64,000 nucleotides of DNA from Candidatus Buchananbacteria bacterium (lineage in GTDB: Bacteria; Patescibacteriota; Patescibacteriia; 2-01-FULL-39-33): assembly GCA_030650095.1 (NCBI GenBank), contig JAUSEE010000007.1, positions 16,812 to 80,811 on the forward strand, given 5' to 3'. The stretch's first letter is position 1; each line of letters opens with the position of its first letter. Positions 39,182-48,135 of the stretch are shown here, in pieces. Below the pieces are notes generated by a model. That model did not search any database. It saw only the letters and a list, made by a program, of their open reading frames with translations, and was not told the DNA's origin. The position numbers and the translations under genes were made by a program.

Positions 39182-39313
39182 TATTTATCTCCTGGTTGTT
39201 GAAAGTGCCTATTTATTGATCTGATTCTTCAGATTTATTATTCTAACATATCTTTTATTATTGTCAATCATCCGGTTTTGCCTAAATCAAAAAAATACAA
39301 TATACTTCAAAAT

Positions 39314-40780
39314 ATGATAAATCAAGATCCGCAACAAGAATTCGAAAAACTTTTAAAAACCCTGGGCGAAAAATACCCAGACGGTGATTTAGACATGGTT
39401 AAATTAGCCTATGAATTCGCTTATAACGCCCACTTGGGCCAAAAGCGCCGCTCTGGTAGCGATTATATCATCCATCCCTTGGCCACCGCGCAATTCCTAG
39501 CCGAATTAAAAATGGACATACCAACTATTATAGCCGGACTGCTTCATGATGTGCCCGAAGACACAGCTGTAACCATTGAAGATATCAAGAAGAATTTCGG
39601 CAAAGAAGTGGCTATCTTGGTAGCCGGCATCACTAAATTAGGCGCCCTAAAATACCGCGGCATCGAAAGATACGCCGAGAACCTAAGAAGGATGTTTGTG
39701 GCTATGAGCAATGACATCAGGGTTATTTTGATTAAATTTGCCGACCGTATTAATAACTTAAAGACTCTGGAATTTTTGCCGCCGGAAAAGCAAATCAGAA
39801 TTGCCACTGAATCACTGGAAATTTACGCGCCTATCGCCGATAGGCTGGGCATTGGAAAAATAAAAGGCGAATTGGAAGATTTATCTTTCAAATATGTTTA
39901 TCCGGAAGATTATAAATGGATTATGGAGATACTGCCCAAGAAATATAAAGAAAAAGAAAGATATTTGGAAAAAGTCAAAAAAAGAGTGGCTAGGAAATTA
40001 TTAGATAGTGGCATTACTTTAAGCCATATTTCTATTCACGGCCGAACTAAACATTTATACAGTTTGTATAAAAAACTGCTCAAGCCTCAAGTTGACCGTG
40101 ATTTATCCAAGATTTATGATCTAATAGCTTTAAGAATAATTGTTCCGACAGTAGCTGATTGTTATTCCACTTTAGGAATTTTACATAATCTTTATCGGCC
40201 GATGCCCGGCAGAGTCAAGGATTATATCGCCCAGCCCAAGCCCAATGGCTATCAATCTCTTCACACCACTGTTTTTACAGAAAACGGGGAAATTGTTGAA
40301 TTTCAAATCAGAACCAATGAAATGCATGAGGAAGCGGAATTCGGCATTGCCGCCCACTGGAACTATAAAGAAAATAAAGGCGGCATCAATAAAAGGAGTC
40401 TTAAATGGATAGAGGAATTAGTAAAATGGCAGAAGCAAACCCAAGACAATGAACAATTTTTAAACGATATCAAATTGGATATCTTCCAAAACAGGATTTT
40501 TGTTTTTACCCCAACCGGTGATGTCATTGATTTGCCGGAAGAATCCACTCCCATTGATTTCGCTTATCATGTCCACTCTTCCATTGGCAACCAATGCGTC
40601 GGCGCCAGAGTTAACGACAATTTAGTGAGTTTGAATTCCAAATTAAAAAGCGGCGACATTGTGGAAATAATAACCGACAAGAATAGGAAAATGCCCGGCA
40701 TGGATTGGCTGGAGAATGTTAAAACTTCCATGGCCAAAGGCAAAATCAGATCGGCTTTAAACAAATCAAAAAAACTATAG
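39314..40780 (+). CDS. rel: RelA/SpoT (p)ppGpp synthetase/hydrolase with HD, synthetase and TGS domains; lacks the ZFD/ACT C-terminus
   Basis: HLGQKRRSG..YIIHP, LLHDVPED, KFADRINNL, KPNGYQSLHT, EFQIRT, TPIDFAY.VHS. Confidence 0.93.
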   Translation: MINQDPQQEFEKLLKTLGEKYPDGDLDMVKLAYEFAYNAHLGQKRRSGSDYIIHPLATAQFLAELKMDIPTIIAGLLHDVPEDTAVTIEDIKKNFGKEVAILVAGITKLGALKYRGIERYAENLRRMFVAMSNDIRVILIKFADRINNLKTLEFLPPEKQIRIATESLEIYAPIADRLGIGKIKGELEDLSFKYVYPEDYKWIMEILPKKYKEKERYLEKVKKRVARKLLDSGITLSHISIHGRTKHLYSLYKKLLKPQVDRDLSKIYDLIALRIIVPTVADCYSTLGILHNLYRPMPGRVKDYIAQPKPNGYQSLHTTVFTENGEIVEFQIRTNEMHEEAEFGIAAHWNYKENKGGINKRSLKWIEELVKWQKQTQDNEQFLNDIKLDIFQNRIFVFTPTGDVIDLPEESTPIDFAYHVHSSIGNQCVGARVNDNLVSLNSKLKSGDIVEIITDKNRKMPGMDWLENVKTSMAKGKIRSALNKSKKL

Positions 40781-40818
40781 GCTGAAACCTATAGTTTTTT
40801 AAAATTAATTTTTACCAG

Positions 40819-41694
40819 TTATTTTAATTTATCAACCAAGCTGTTTAATTCCTCTTCGGAGAAAAACTTGATTATTATCTGTCCGCTGGGCCCGAATTTT
40901 TTTATTTCCACTTTCGTGCCCAAAGCCGATTGCAATAATTCTTCCTTGGCCCTAAGCTCGGGATTAAACGCCACTTTCCTGATGTGCTTTTTAACCACAA
41001 TTTGCTTGCCGGCTTTTTCTGTTTCTCGCACATTTAAGCTTTCCGAGATGATTATCTTAAGCGTCAGCGCTTGATCTGATTGCGGCAAGCCGGCCAAGAC
41101 CCGAGCATGGCCTTCGGAAATCTGGCCATCTCTGATCGCTTCTTTGACCTCGTCTATAACCGTCAGTATCCTTAGAGTATTAGCTACGGCACTGCGGCTT
41201 TTGCCAACGCGCTTGGCCAGTTGCTCTTGGGTAAGATTGAATTCATCTACTAGTTTTTGATAGGCAGAGGCAGTTTCCAAAGAATTAAGATTTTTGCGTT
41301 GCAAATTTTCAATCAAAGCAATCTCCATTTTTTTCTGCTCGCTCATTTCACGGACAATAGCCGGCACAGTTTTTAGTCCTGCCAATTTAGCCGAACGCAG
41401 TCTTCTTTCACCGGCAATCAGTTGCCAACCGGAAGAAACCTTACTAACAATAAGGGGCTGGATTATGCCATGCTCTTTTATGGATTCAACCAGTTCTTGC
41501 AAATCGGCCTCATCAAAATTGGTTCTAGGCTGATGGGGGTTGGGAGTTATCTGATCAACCGGCAACTCTACAATTTTTTCTTGCTGTTCTAAAATCGCAG
41601 CAATTTCACTGCCGTTGCCCAGTATTTCTTTGGCTGGTTTTTTACTAGGAATTAAAGATCCTAATCCTCGGCCGAGGCCGGATGTTTTTTGCAT
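40819..41694 (-). CDS. parB: Chromosome partitioning protein ParB/Spo0J
   Basis: GLGRGLGSLI, PNPHQPR, LIAGERRLR, ENLQR, GKSRSAVAN. Confidence 0.97.
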   Translation of the reverse strand: MQKTSGLGRGLGSLIPSKKPAKEILGNGSEIAAILEQQEKIVELPVDQITPNPHQPRTNFDEADLQELVESIKEHGIIQPLIVSKVSSGWQLIAGERRLRSAKLAGLKTVPAIVREMSEQKKMEIALIENLQRKNLNSLETASAYQKLVDEFNLTQEQLAKRVGKSRSAVANTLRILTVIDEVKEAIRDGQISEGHARVLAGLPQSDQALTLKIIISESLNVRETEKAGKQIVVKKHIRKVAFNPELRAKEELLQSALGTKVEIKKFGPSGQIIIKFFSEEELNSLVDKLK

Positions 41695-41719
41695 GGTAAT
41701 TTTGTATTTTTAAATAGAT

Positions 41720-42487
41720 CTAATACGGACTGGTATGATAAACGAATTCCTTGGCCAATCTTTCATAGGCTTTAGCTCCTTTTGATTTGGGATCATAAGC
41801 TAAAATTGTTTGGCCGTGGCTGGGAGCTTCCGATAAGCGCACGCTCCGCGGAATAACCGATCTGAATATTTTATTGGGAAAATATTTATAAAGCTCCATC
41901 AAGACATCATTGGCTAATTTAAACCTTTTATCATACATAGTTAAGACTGCACCTAAAATATCCAGTTCCGGCTTGATGTTTTCTTGTATCAGACTAATGG
42001 TAGAAACTAATTGACCCAAGCCCTCAAGAGCAAAATATTCGGCTTGAACCGGTATTAGAACCTGATCGGAAGCCACCAAGCCATTTATAGTTAAAAGACC
42101 AAGAGATGGCGGACAATCAATTATAATATAATCAAAATCATTTCTGATTTCCAGTAAATTATCATAGAGCCTAAACTCGCGCCTATCTAGATTAACAAAT
42201 TCCACCCCAGCTCCAGCTAGTGAAACAGTGGCTGGAATAAGTTTATAGAATTCATGAGCCGTATCAACCATCACTTCCTTAAACGAATAAGGACCGGTTA
42301 GAACTTCGTAAACTCCCCTTTCCAGTTCCTTGGAAACTCCCAAATTGGAGGTGGCATTGCTTTGGGGGTCTAAATCAATCAATAAAACAAACTTACCTAA
42401 TTGGCTTAGGTAAGCAGCAAGATTAACAGCAGTAGTGGTTTTGCCAACCCCGCCTTTTTGATTAACAACAGAAATTATTTGTCCCAT
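41720..42487 (-). CDS. parA: Chromosome partitioning ATPase ParA/Soj
   Basis: NQKGGVGKTTT, DLDPQSN, IDCPPSLG, PVQAEYFALEG; ATG at 42487. Confidence 0.97.
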   Translation of the reverse strand: MGQIISVVNQKGGVGKTTTAVNLAAYLSQLGKFVLLIDLDPQSNATSNLGVSKELERGVYEVLTGPYSFKEVMVDTAHEFYKLIPATVSLAGAGVEFVNLDRREFRLYDNLLEIRNDFDYIIIDCPPSLGLLTINGLVASDQVLIPVQAEYFALEGLGQLVSTISLIQENIKPELDILGAVLTMYDKRFKLANDVLMELYKYFPNKIFRSVIPRSVRLSEAPSHGQTILAYDPKSKGAKAYERLAKEFVYHTSPY

Positions 42488-42748
42488 ATAGATACTATTA
42501 TACCATAACAATAATTAAAAATACAAAATAATAAATTATAAATATAAAATTACAAAAAACAAAAAATCATAATAATTAAAAAACAAAAAAATTAATATTT
42601 TAATTTATAATGTGCCATTTATCTGCCTGAAAGCTAGCAAATTTGGGGCTTGGAATTTTGTGTTTTAATTTTAAAATGTTGTGATAATACATATCACAAT
42701 CTTACCATCAACCCTTGCCAAAAATACAAATATCTGTTACAATTACTC

Positions 42749-42820
42749 CGCGGGGTAGAGCAGTAGCAGCTCGCCAGGCCCATAACCTGGAGGTCGTGGG
42801 TGCGAATCCCACCTCCGCAA
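42749..42820 (+). tRNA. Initiator tRNA-fMet(CAT) with non-canonical loops, no encoded CCA
   Basis: CGCGGGG...CTCCGCAA with C1:A72 mismatch; anticodon loop CCCATAA; T-loop TGCGAAT. Confidence 0.85.
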
Positions 42821-42883
42821 CAAGTGGCTCTTGAATTAATCAAGACATGGCAAAAAAACAGAGATAATTATTTGTACGCGGTA

Positions 42884-42995
42884 ATTCGCACGGGCAGAAG
42901 CAAGATGAGCCTATGGGCGAAATCGAGCGTCGATAAATACGAGCAAGCGCGAGTATTTAGCGCTGCCCAGGACAAGAATCCCACCTCCGCAACAA
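42884..42995 (+). mobile_element. tRNA-anchored structured element, copy A (core 42892-42968)
   Basis: ATTCGCAC (antisense to fMet T-loop), core GGGCAG...CTGCCC, then a 20-bp direct repeat of the tRNA 3' end (42976-42995 = 42804-42823). Confidence 0.7.
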
Positions 42996-43000
42996 ATACC

Positions 43001-43028
43001 AATCGCTCGCTCTTATGAGCGAGCGATT
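43001..43028. repeat. Perfect 12-bp hairpin directly upstream of the second CAT tRNA
   Basis: AATCGCTCGCTC-ttat-GAGCGAGCGATT. Confidence 0.8.
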
Positions 43029-43029
43029 T

Positions 43030-43101
43030 GGCAGGGTAGCTCAGTGGTAGAGCAGCGGACTCATAAGCCGTTGGTCGCGGGTTCAACTCCCGCCCCTGCT
43101 A
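43030..43101 (+). tRNA. tRNA with CAT anticodon (elongator Met or Ile2)
   Basis: GGCAGGGTAGCTCAGTGGTAGAGCAGCGGACTCATAAGCCGTTGGTCGCGGGTTCAACTCCCGCCCCTGCTA. Confidence 0.9.
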
Positions 43102-43159
43102 CAAGGAAAGTATTTTAAAACACATTACTGAAGTATTAATATTAAAAACAAATAATACT

Positions 43160-43325
43160 GGCGGGAGTTGAACGGGCAGAAACGAATCAAGCCGAACTTA
43201 GTGAGGCGAAGATGAGTGTCGATAAATGCGAGCAAGTGCGAGTATTTAGCGCTGCCCAGGGCGAGGAAATCAGGCGAAGCCTGATGACGAGATCCCGCCC
43301 CTGCTACAAGGAAAGTATTTTAAAA
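43160..43325 (+). mobile_element. tRNA-anchored structured element, copy B (core 43174-43257)
   Basis: GGCGGGAGTTGAAC is the exact reverse complement of 43081-43094; core GGGCAG...CTGCCC; 33-bp direct repeat 43293-43325 = 43088-43120. Confidence 0.75.
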
Positions 43326-43354
43326 GAATTATTAAGTTATTAATATTACTTTAA

Positions 43355-43436
43355 GCCGAAGTGGCGGAATTGGTAGACGCGCACGACTCAAAATCGTGTA
43401 TCGCAAGATGTGAGAGTTCGATTCTCTCCTTCGGCA
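43355..43436 (+). tRNA. tRNA-Leu(CAA)
   Basis: GCCGAAGTGGCGGAATTGGTAGACGCGCACGACTCAAAATCGTG...GAGAGTTCGATTCTCTCCTTCGGCA. Confidence 0.93.
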
Positions 43437-43511
43437 TAATAACAGACTAATCTTTTTTTTATTATTTTAAATCTGCTATAATAATCTTATTATACTTTTA
43501 ACCTTAAATAT

Positions 43512-44012
43512 ATGTTCATAACTGTCCACGCGGCAGCTGCCACTATCCTTACAAAAAGCATACCTAATCCGTTTTTAGCTTTTTTAATTGGAGTATTGTC
43601 TCACTTTGTTTTGGACGTAATCCCTCATGGCGATTCACGAATGGGCCAAAGATTTTGGGGACACAAATTAAAATTCCTGCAAGAAAAAGGCGAACTTAAA
43701 CTCATGGCTTTATACGGCAGTTTGGATGGGGTAGTTTTAGCTTTCCTTTTGATGTTTTTATTTAGAAACTTTGAATTCACACGAGCCGATAACGTTATTT
43801 GGGGCATAGTCGGCAGTATCCTCCCTGATATTACTGTGGCTATTTATAAACTCAAAAATTTTAAAGTCATTAAATGGTTTTTCAACTTTCACAACAAAAA
43901 CCATAATCTTCTAGTCAACAAAATAAATTTTGATTTTCCTTTGCAATATGGCGTCTTGATGCAAGCGATAGTTTTGGCAGCCTTAACCTGGACAATATAT
44001 TTAATTGCTTAA
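43512..44012 (+). CDS. Membrane protein, probable metal-dependent hydrolase (YdjM-like)
   Basis: TVHAA, SHFVLDVIPHGD, GSILPD, FHNKNH. Confidence 0.7.
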   Translation: MFITVHAAAATILTKSIPNPFLAFLIGVLSHFVLDVIPHGDSRMGQRFWGHKLKFLQEKGELKLMALYGSLDGVVLAFLLMFLFRNFEFTRADNVIWGIVGSILPDITVAIYKLKNFKVIKWFFNFHNKNHNLLVNKINFDFPLQYGVLMQAIVLAALTWTIYLIA

Positions 44013-44049
44013 TCGATCAATAAAAAAATCTCCCCACTAGGGAGATTTT

Positions 44050-45327
44050 TTATTTGAGAGAATTATAGACAGCCAACGTTTCCCGGGCGCACTTGAACCA
44101 GCTAAAGGATTTGGATTTTTCCCGGCCGGCAATTATTAATGATTCTCTGAGAGATTTGTCAGTGATTAAACGCTGCAGGGCTTCGGTAATTTCCGATTCC
44201 TTATGCGGATCAACTAAAAGAGCGCCATCACTGCCGGTGATTTCCGGCAAAGAACTTATATTGGAAGTAATCACCGGCACGCCCAAATTCATGGCTTCCA
44301 AAACCGGCAGGCCGAAGCCTTCATAAAAACTAGGAAAGACAAAACATTTAGCCTGGCACAACAAAGCCATTTTTTCATCATGGGAAACATAACCTATATA
44401 TTTCACCGGCTGATTCTGTCTTCTTTCCAATCCGCTTCTTCTTTCGGCCGATAATTTTTTTTTGGCCATAGAAGAAATATGCTGACGCCTTTCTGTGCCA
44501 TTTCTTTTTTCTTTAATGCCCAAGATGCTGGCATTAGCATCAGCAATAGCCTTATAAACAGGCTGGTCGCTCCAGCCTTGGCTCCCTGCAATCACCAGTT
44601 GGTATTCTCTTAACGGAGAGCCATAAGCCAGGCACAAATTTCGAAAAGCTTTAATAATATTTACTATATTTTTACGCGGTTCAATAGTACCGATAAATAA
44701 AATAAAATTATCCTGCAAGCCGTATTTTTTAGCTAGATCAGAAAAATTACTTATTCTGGAACAGGTTTCACCGTTATCTAAGACGCCCTCTGGCACTATT
44801 TCTATTTTTTCCTCGGGAATTTTAAATTCCTCAATTATATCTTTTTTAGTATTTTTAGAAACAGCGATTATCTTAGACGCCTTTTTCATGGAATTAGGCA
44901 CCAGTACTTTGGTGGAAAATGGTTGGCGGTTAAAAGCTTTCTTGGGAAAAAATTCCGGGTATTTATAAATGCCCAAATCATGGACAGTAATAATTGATTT
45001 TTTGTGGTAATAAAGAGGAATAATATTGGCTGGGGAATGGAAAATATCCAAATCTGCCTTGTTTAAAACGGCACTGACGATTATTTGCGAATAAATTATA
45101 GGCAAAAATTTCTTATACTGATAAAGAGGAAAAAAATTAATGGTGGCATTGTGATATTTTTTAAACTCTTCAAACCCTTTAAAACGGCTGTCAAAAAATA
45201 AGATGTATTCATTTTTTTTATCAACAGCCAAAAGATTTTTGACTAAATAATAAGTATAATGGCCGATGCCGGCTCTCTCTCCGCCTGAAACATTTAAAAT
45301 TGTTCGGCAATCAATGCCTATTCTCAT
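44050..45327 (-). CDS. Glycosyltransferase family 4 (GT-B) with an Arg-rich insertion
   Basis: MRIGID, TVHDL, FIGTIEPRKN, FPSFYEGFGLPVLEAM..G.PV. Confidence 0.93.
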   Translation of the reverse strand: MRIGIDCRTILNVSGGERAGIGHYTYYLVKNLLAVDKKNEYILFFDSRFKGFEEFKKYHNATINFFPLYQYKKFLPIIYSQIIVSAVLNKADLDIFHSPANIIPLYYHKKSIITVHDLGIYKYPEFFPKKAFNRQPFSTKVLVPNSMKKASKIIAVSKNTKKDIIEEFKIPEEKIEIVPEGVLDNGETCSRISNFSDLAKKYGLQDNFILFIGTIEPRKNIVNIIKAFRNLCLAYGSPLREYQLVIAGSQGWSDQPVYKAIADANASILGIKEKRNGTERRQHISSMAKKKLSAERRSGLERRQNQPVKYIGYVSHDEKMALLCQAKCFVFPSFYEGFGLPVLEAMNLGVPVITSNISSLPEITGSDGALLVDPHKESEITEALQRLITDKSLRESLIIAGREKSKSFSWFKCARETLAVYNSLK

Positions 45328-45330
45328 ATG

Positions 45331-46587
45331 TTATTTTAAGAGATTTTTAAATTTTTTCTCATCTTTAAATGGTCCGATAATCGCCAAGCTGGCTTTATTT
45401 ATATTGATGATATCTTTGGCCACGGCTATAATATCGCTATTTTTCACAGCCGCTATTTTTTTATTTTTCTCCTCCGGGGTCAGGATTTTTCCAATCATCA
45501 GTTCCTGCTGCCCGTACCACTGGGAGATATGGGATGTATCTTCCAAATCCAAAGCCGTCCGACCAAACAAATATTCTTTGGCTCGTTTTAGTTCTTCGGC
45601 TGTAACTCCTTTTTTCATTTTTTTAAGCTCTGCAATAATCATAGCAATAGCGCTTTCCACTCTGGATTTATCCAGGCCGGATTGGATGATTAAAGCGCCG
45701 GTATCTTCGTAGACGCTTAAAAATGATCGGACAAAATAAGCCAGGCCGTTTCTTTCCCTGATTTGTAAAAATAACCTGGAACTCATATTACCGCCCAAGA
45801 CCACAGAAAGCAGCTGCAAGGCATAGAGTCTTTTATCAGCATAAGGATAAGCCGGAAAACCTAAGGCTATTTGGGTCTGTTCTGTTTCTTTGAACTTTAT
45901 AGCCACTTGCGGCTGGCTGGCTTTTATTTTTATTTTATTGAAGGGATTTTTTGTAGCCGTCTTTTTGAATTTGAACTTGTCTTTTAACTCTTTTAAATGA
46001 GAGTCATTAAAATTACCCGAAAGGCAGATAACAACATTGCTGCCGTTATAGAATTTATTTCTATAACTTATCAAATCGCTTCTGGACATCTTCTTAACTG
46101 TCTCCCTGGTGCCGGCGATTGATTTGCCCAGTTGATGACCAGCGTACATAATCTGTTCGAGTAAATCATTAATATACATCATGGGATTATCCTCATACAT
46201 ATTTATCTCTTCAATGATAACTCCCCTTTCCCGTTTGATTTCCTTATCATCAAACTTGGCATTAAGAAGCATGTCAGATAAAACATCAATAGCCAGTGAT
46301 AAATGTTTGGCATCTGATTTAATATAATAACCGGTATAATCTTTGCCGGTAAAAGCATTGAATTCAGCTCCTATGCCATCCAATTCTTTAGACAAATCCA
46401 AGGCGGTTGGCCTTTTTTTGGTGCCCTTAAACATCAGATGTTCGATAAAATGAGAACCGCCGTTAACCTTGTTGTTTTCATCTCGACTGCCAACTTTGAA
46501 CAAAACCAATAAATTGGCGGTTTGCGTTTCTTTTAACGGCGCAGTGATCAGCCTAACTTTATTAGGCCATATTGTTTTTTGATACAT
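45331..46587 (-). CDS. M16 family (pitrilysin-like) zinc peptidase
   Basis: GSR.E..G.SHFIEHLMFKGT, NAFT, ERGVIIEEI, LGGNMSSRLF..IRE..GLAY. Confidence 0.95.
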   Translation of the reverse strand: MYQKTIWPNKVRLITAPLKETQTANLLVLFKVGSRDENNKVNGGSHFIEHLMFKGTKKRPTALDLSKELDGIGAEFNAFTGKDYTGYYIKSDAKHLSLAIDVLSDMLLNAKFDDKEIKRERGVIIEEINMYEDNPMMYINDLLEQIMYAGHQLGKSIAGTRETVKKMSRSDLISYRNKFYNGSNVVICLSGNFNDSHLKELKDKFKFKKTATKNPFNKIKIKASQPQVAIKFKETEQTQIALGFPAYPYADKRLYALQLLSVVLGGNMSSRLFLQIRERNGLAYFVRSFLSVYEDTGALIIQSGLDKSRVESAIAMIIAELKKMKKGVTAEELKRAKEYLFGRTALDLEDTSHISQWYGQQELMIGKILTPEEKNKKIAAVKNSDIIAVAKDIININKASLAIIGPFKDEKKFKNLLK

Positions 46588-46670
46588 TATATTTAAATGA
46601 TATTTTTTAGACGCTTAAATAATTCCTCTTTTACTTCAGTGGGAGGAATCGTTTTTTTATCAGGGTATTG

Positions 46671-48044
46671 TTATTTAAGATTTTTGATTAAATAATCTTT
46701 AAGATTATCCAAAGAAACCCTTTCTTGCTCCATAGTGTCGCGATCGCGGACAGTAACAGTGCCATCAGCCAAAGTGTCAAAATCAATTGTCACGCAATAA
46801 GGCGTACCGATTTCATCTTGGCGCCTGTACCTTTTGCCGATATTGCCATTATCATCGAATTCACACATGAATTCTCCTTTTAACAAATCAAAAACTTCTT
46901 TGGCCTTAGAAACCAGATTTTCCTTATTTTTTAACAAAGGGAAAATAGCCGCTTTAATCGGAGCCAGATTTTTGGGAAATTTTAAAACAATCCTGGTTTC
47001 ATCTCCCACTGCTTCTTCAGTATAAGCCGAAGACAGCGCCACTAAAACGCTTCTATCCACGCCAAAAGTCGGTTCTAGGACATGGGGGATGTATTTGCGA
47101 TTGCTGGCTTGATCCAAATAAGTAAGATCTTCCCCGGAAAATTTAGAATGCTGGGTCAAATCAAAATCACCCCGATGCGCCAAACCGTACAATTCGCTGA
47201 AACCAAAGGGGAAATTATACTCTATATCAACTGTTTTTTTGGAATAATGCGACAATTTTTCCTTAGGGTGTTCATATTTTTTCAAATCTTTTTTATGGGC
47301 GCCCAAAGCCAGAGCGAATTTTTCCTGGGCTACAAGCCACTCTTCAAATAAAGGCTCCCATTTGGTTTTTGGGTCAATAAAATATTCAATTTCCATTTGT
47401 TCAAATTCACGCAAGCGGAATATAAAATTGCCAGCGATGATTTCGTTTCTGAAGGCTTTGCCGATTTGAGCGATACCGAAAGGAATCTTAACTCTCATGG
47501 AATCAATGACATTTTTAAAATCAACAAAAATAGCCCCAGCAGTTTCCGGCCTTAGATAAACCGGCTCATCAATGCCGTTCATTTCGGTTTTAAACATCAT
47601 GTTAAAATTTCTAACTTCGGTCCAATTTGATTTGCCGCAATTGGGACATTTTACTTTTTCATCTTTCAAAATATCCGACATGGCTTTTAAATCACCCTCC
47701 AAGTCACGACCGGTTGACTGTTCTACTAGATGATCGGCCCGAAATCTCTTTTTGCATTCTTTGCAATCAACCATAGCATCATTGAAACCGCTGGTATGGC
47801 CGGAGGCCTCCCAGACTTTTGGATTAAGCATAATAGGGCCGTCCAAACCAACAATATCCTGCCTGTCAGAAACAAATGTCTTCCACCATAAATTTTTTAT
47901 ATTGTTCTTCAATTCTGTGCCATACGGGCCATAGCTGTAAGAATTGGCAAAGCCGCCGTAGATTTCTGATCCAGGGAAAACAAAGCCTCTCCTTTTGGCT
48001 AAAGAAACTATTTTTTGCATTAAATCGTCGTTGTTTTTGGGCAT
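46671..48044 (-). CDS. glyQS: Glycine--tRNA ligase (homodimeric, eukaryote/archaea type)
   Basis: KRRGF..GSEIYGG, LRPETA, GKAFRNEI, FRLREFEQME, IGKRYRRQDEIGTP. Confidence 0.97.
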   Translation of the reverse strand: MPKNNDDLMQKIVSLAKRRGFVFPGSEIYGGFANSYSYGPYGTELKNNIKNLWWKTFVSDRQDIVGLDGPIMLNPKVWEASGHTSGFNDAMVDCKECKKRFRADHLVEQSTGRDLEGDLKAMSDILKDEKVKCPNCGKSNWTEVRNFNMMFKTEMNGIDEPVYLRPETAGAIFVDFKNVIDSMRVKIPFGIAQIGKAFRNEIIAGNFIFRLREFEQMEIEYFIDPKTKWEPLFEEWLVAQEKFALALGAHKKDLKKYEHPKEKLSHYSKKTVDIEYNFPFGFSELYGLAHRGDFDLTQHSKFSGEDLTYLDQASNRKYIPHVLEPTFGVDRSVLVALSSAYTEEAVGDETRIVLKFPKNLAPIKAAIFPLLKNKENLVSKAKEVFDLLKGEFMCEFDDNGNIGKRYRRQDEIGTPYCVTIDFDTLADGTVTVRDRDTMEQERVSLDNLKDYLIKNLK

Positions 48045-48135
48045 AAATATTGAGAAATAATTTATTTTTAGCAGGTTGCAGTAATAATCTAATTAAGCCA
48101 TCTTAACTAAAAAAATGGGTTTTGACAAATGAAAG

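Noticed and set aside
42490-42745. Replication origin or parS next to parAB
   Set aside because: AT-rich, but no DnaA-box cluster and no TGTTTCACGTGAAACA-like palindrome found.
42800-43086. Two 72-aa ORFs
   Set aside because: They overlap tRNA genes and the structured element; no coding features.
42804-43325. CRISPR array or self-splicing intron reading of the tRNA-linked repeats
   Set aside because: No regular repeat-spacer period and no cas genes; far too short for group I/II introns, and the host tRNAs are uninterrupted.
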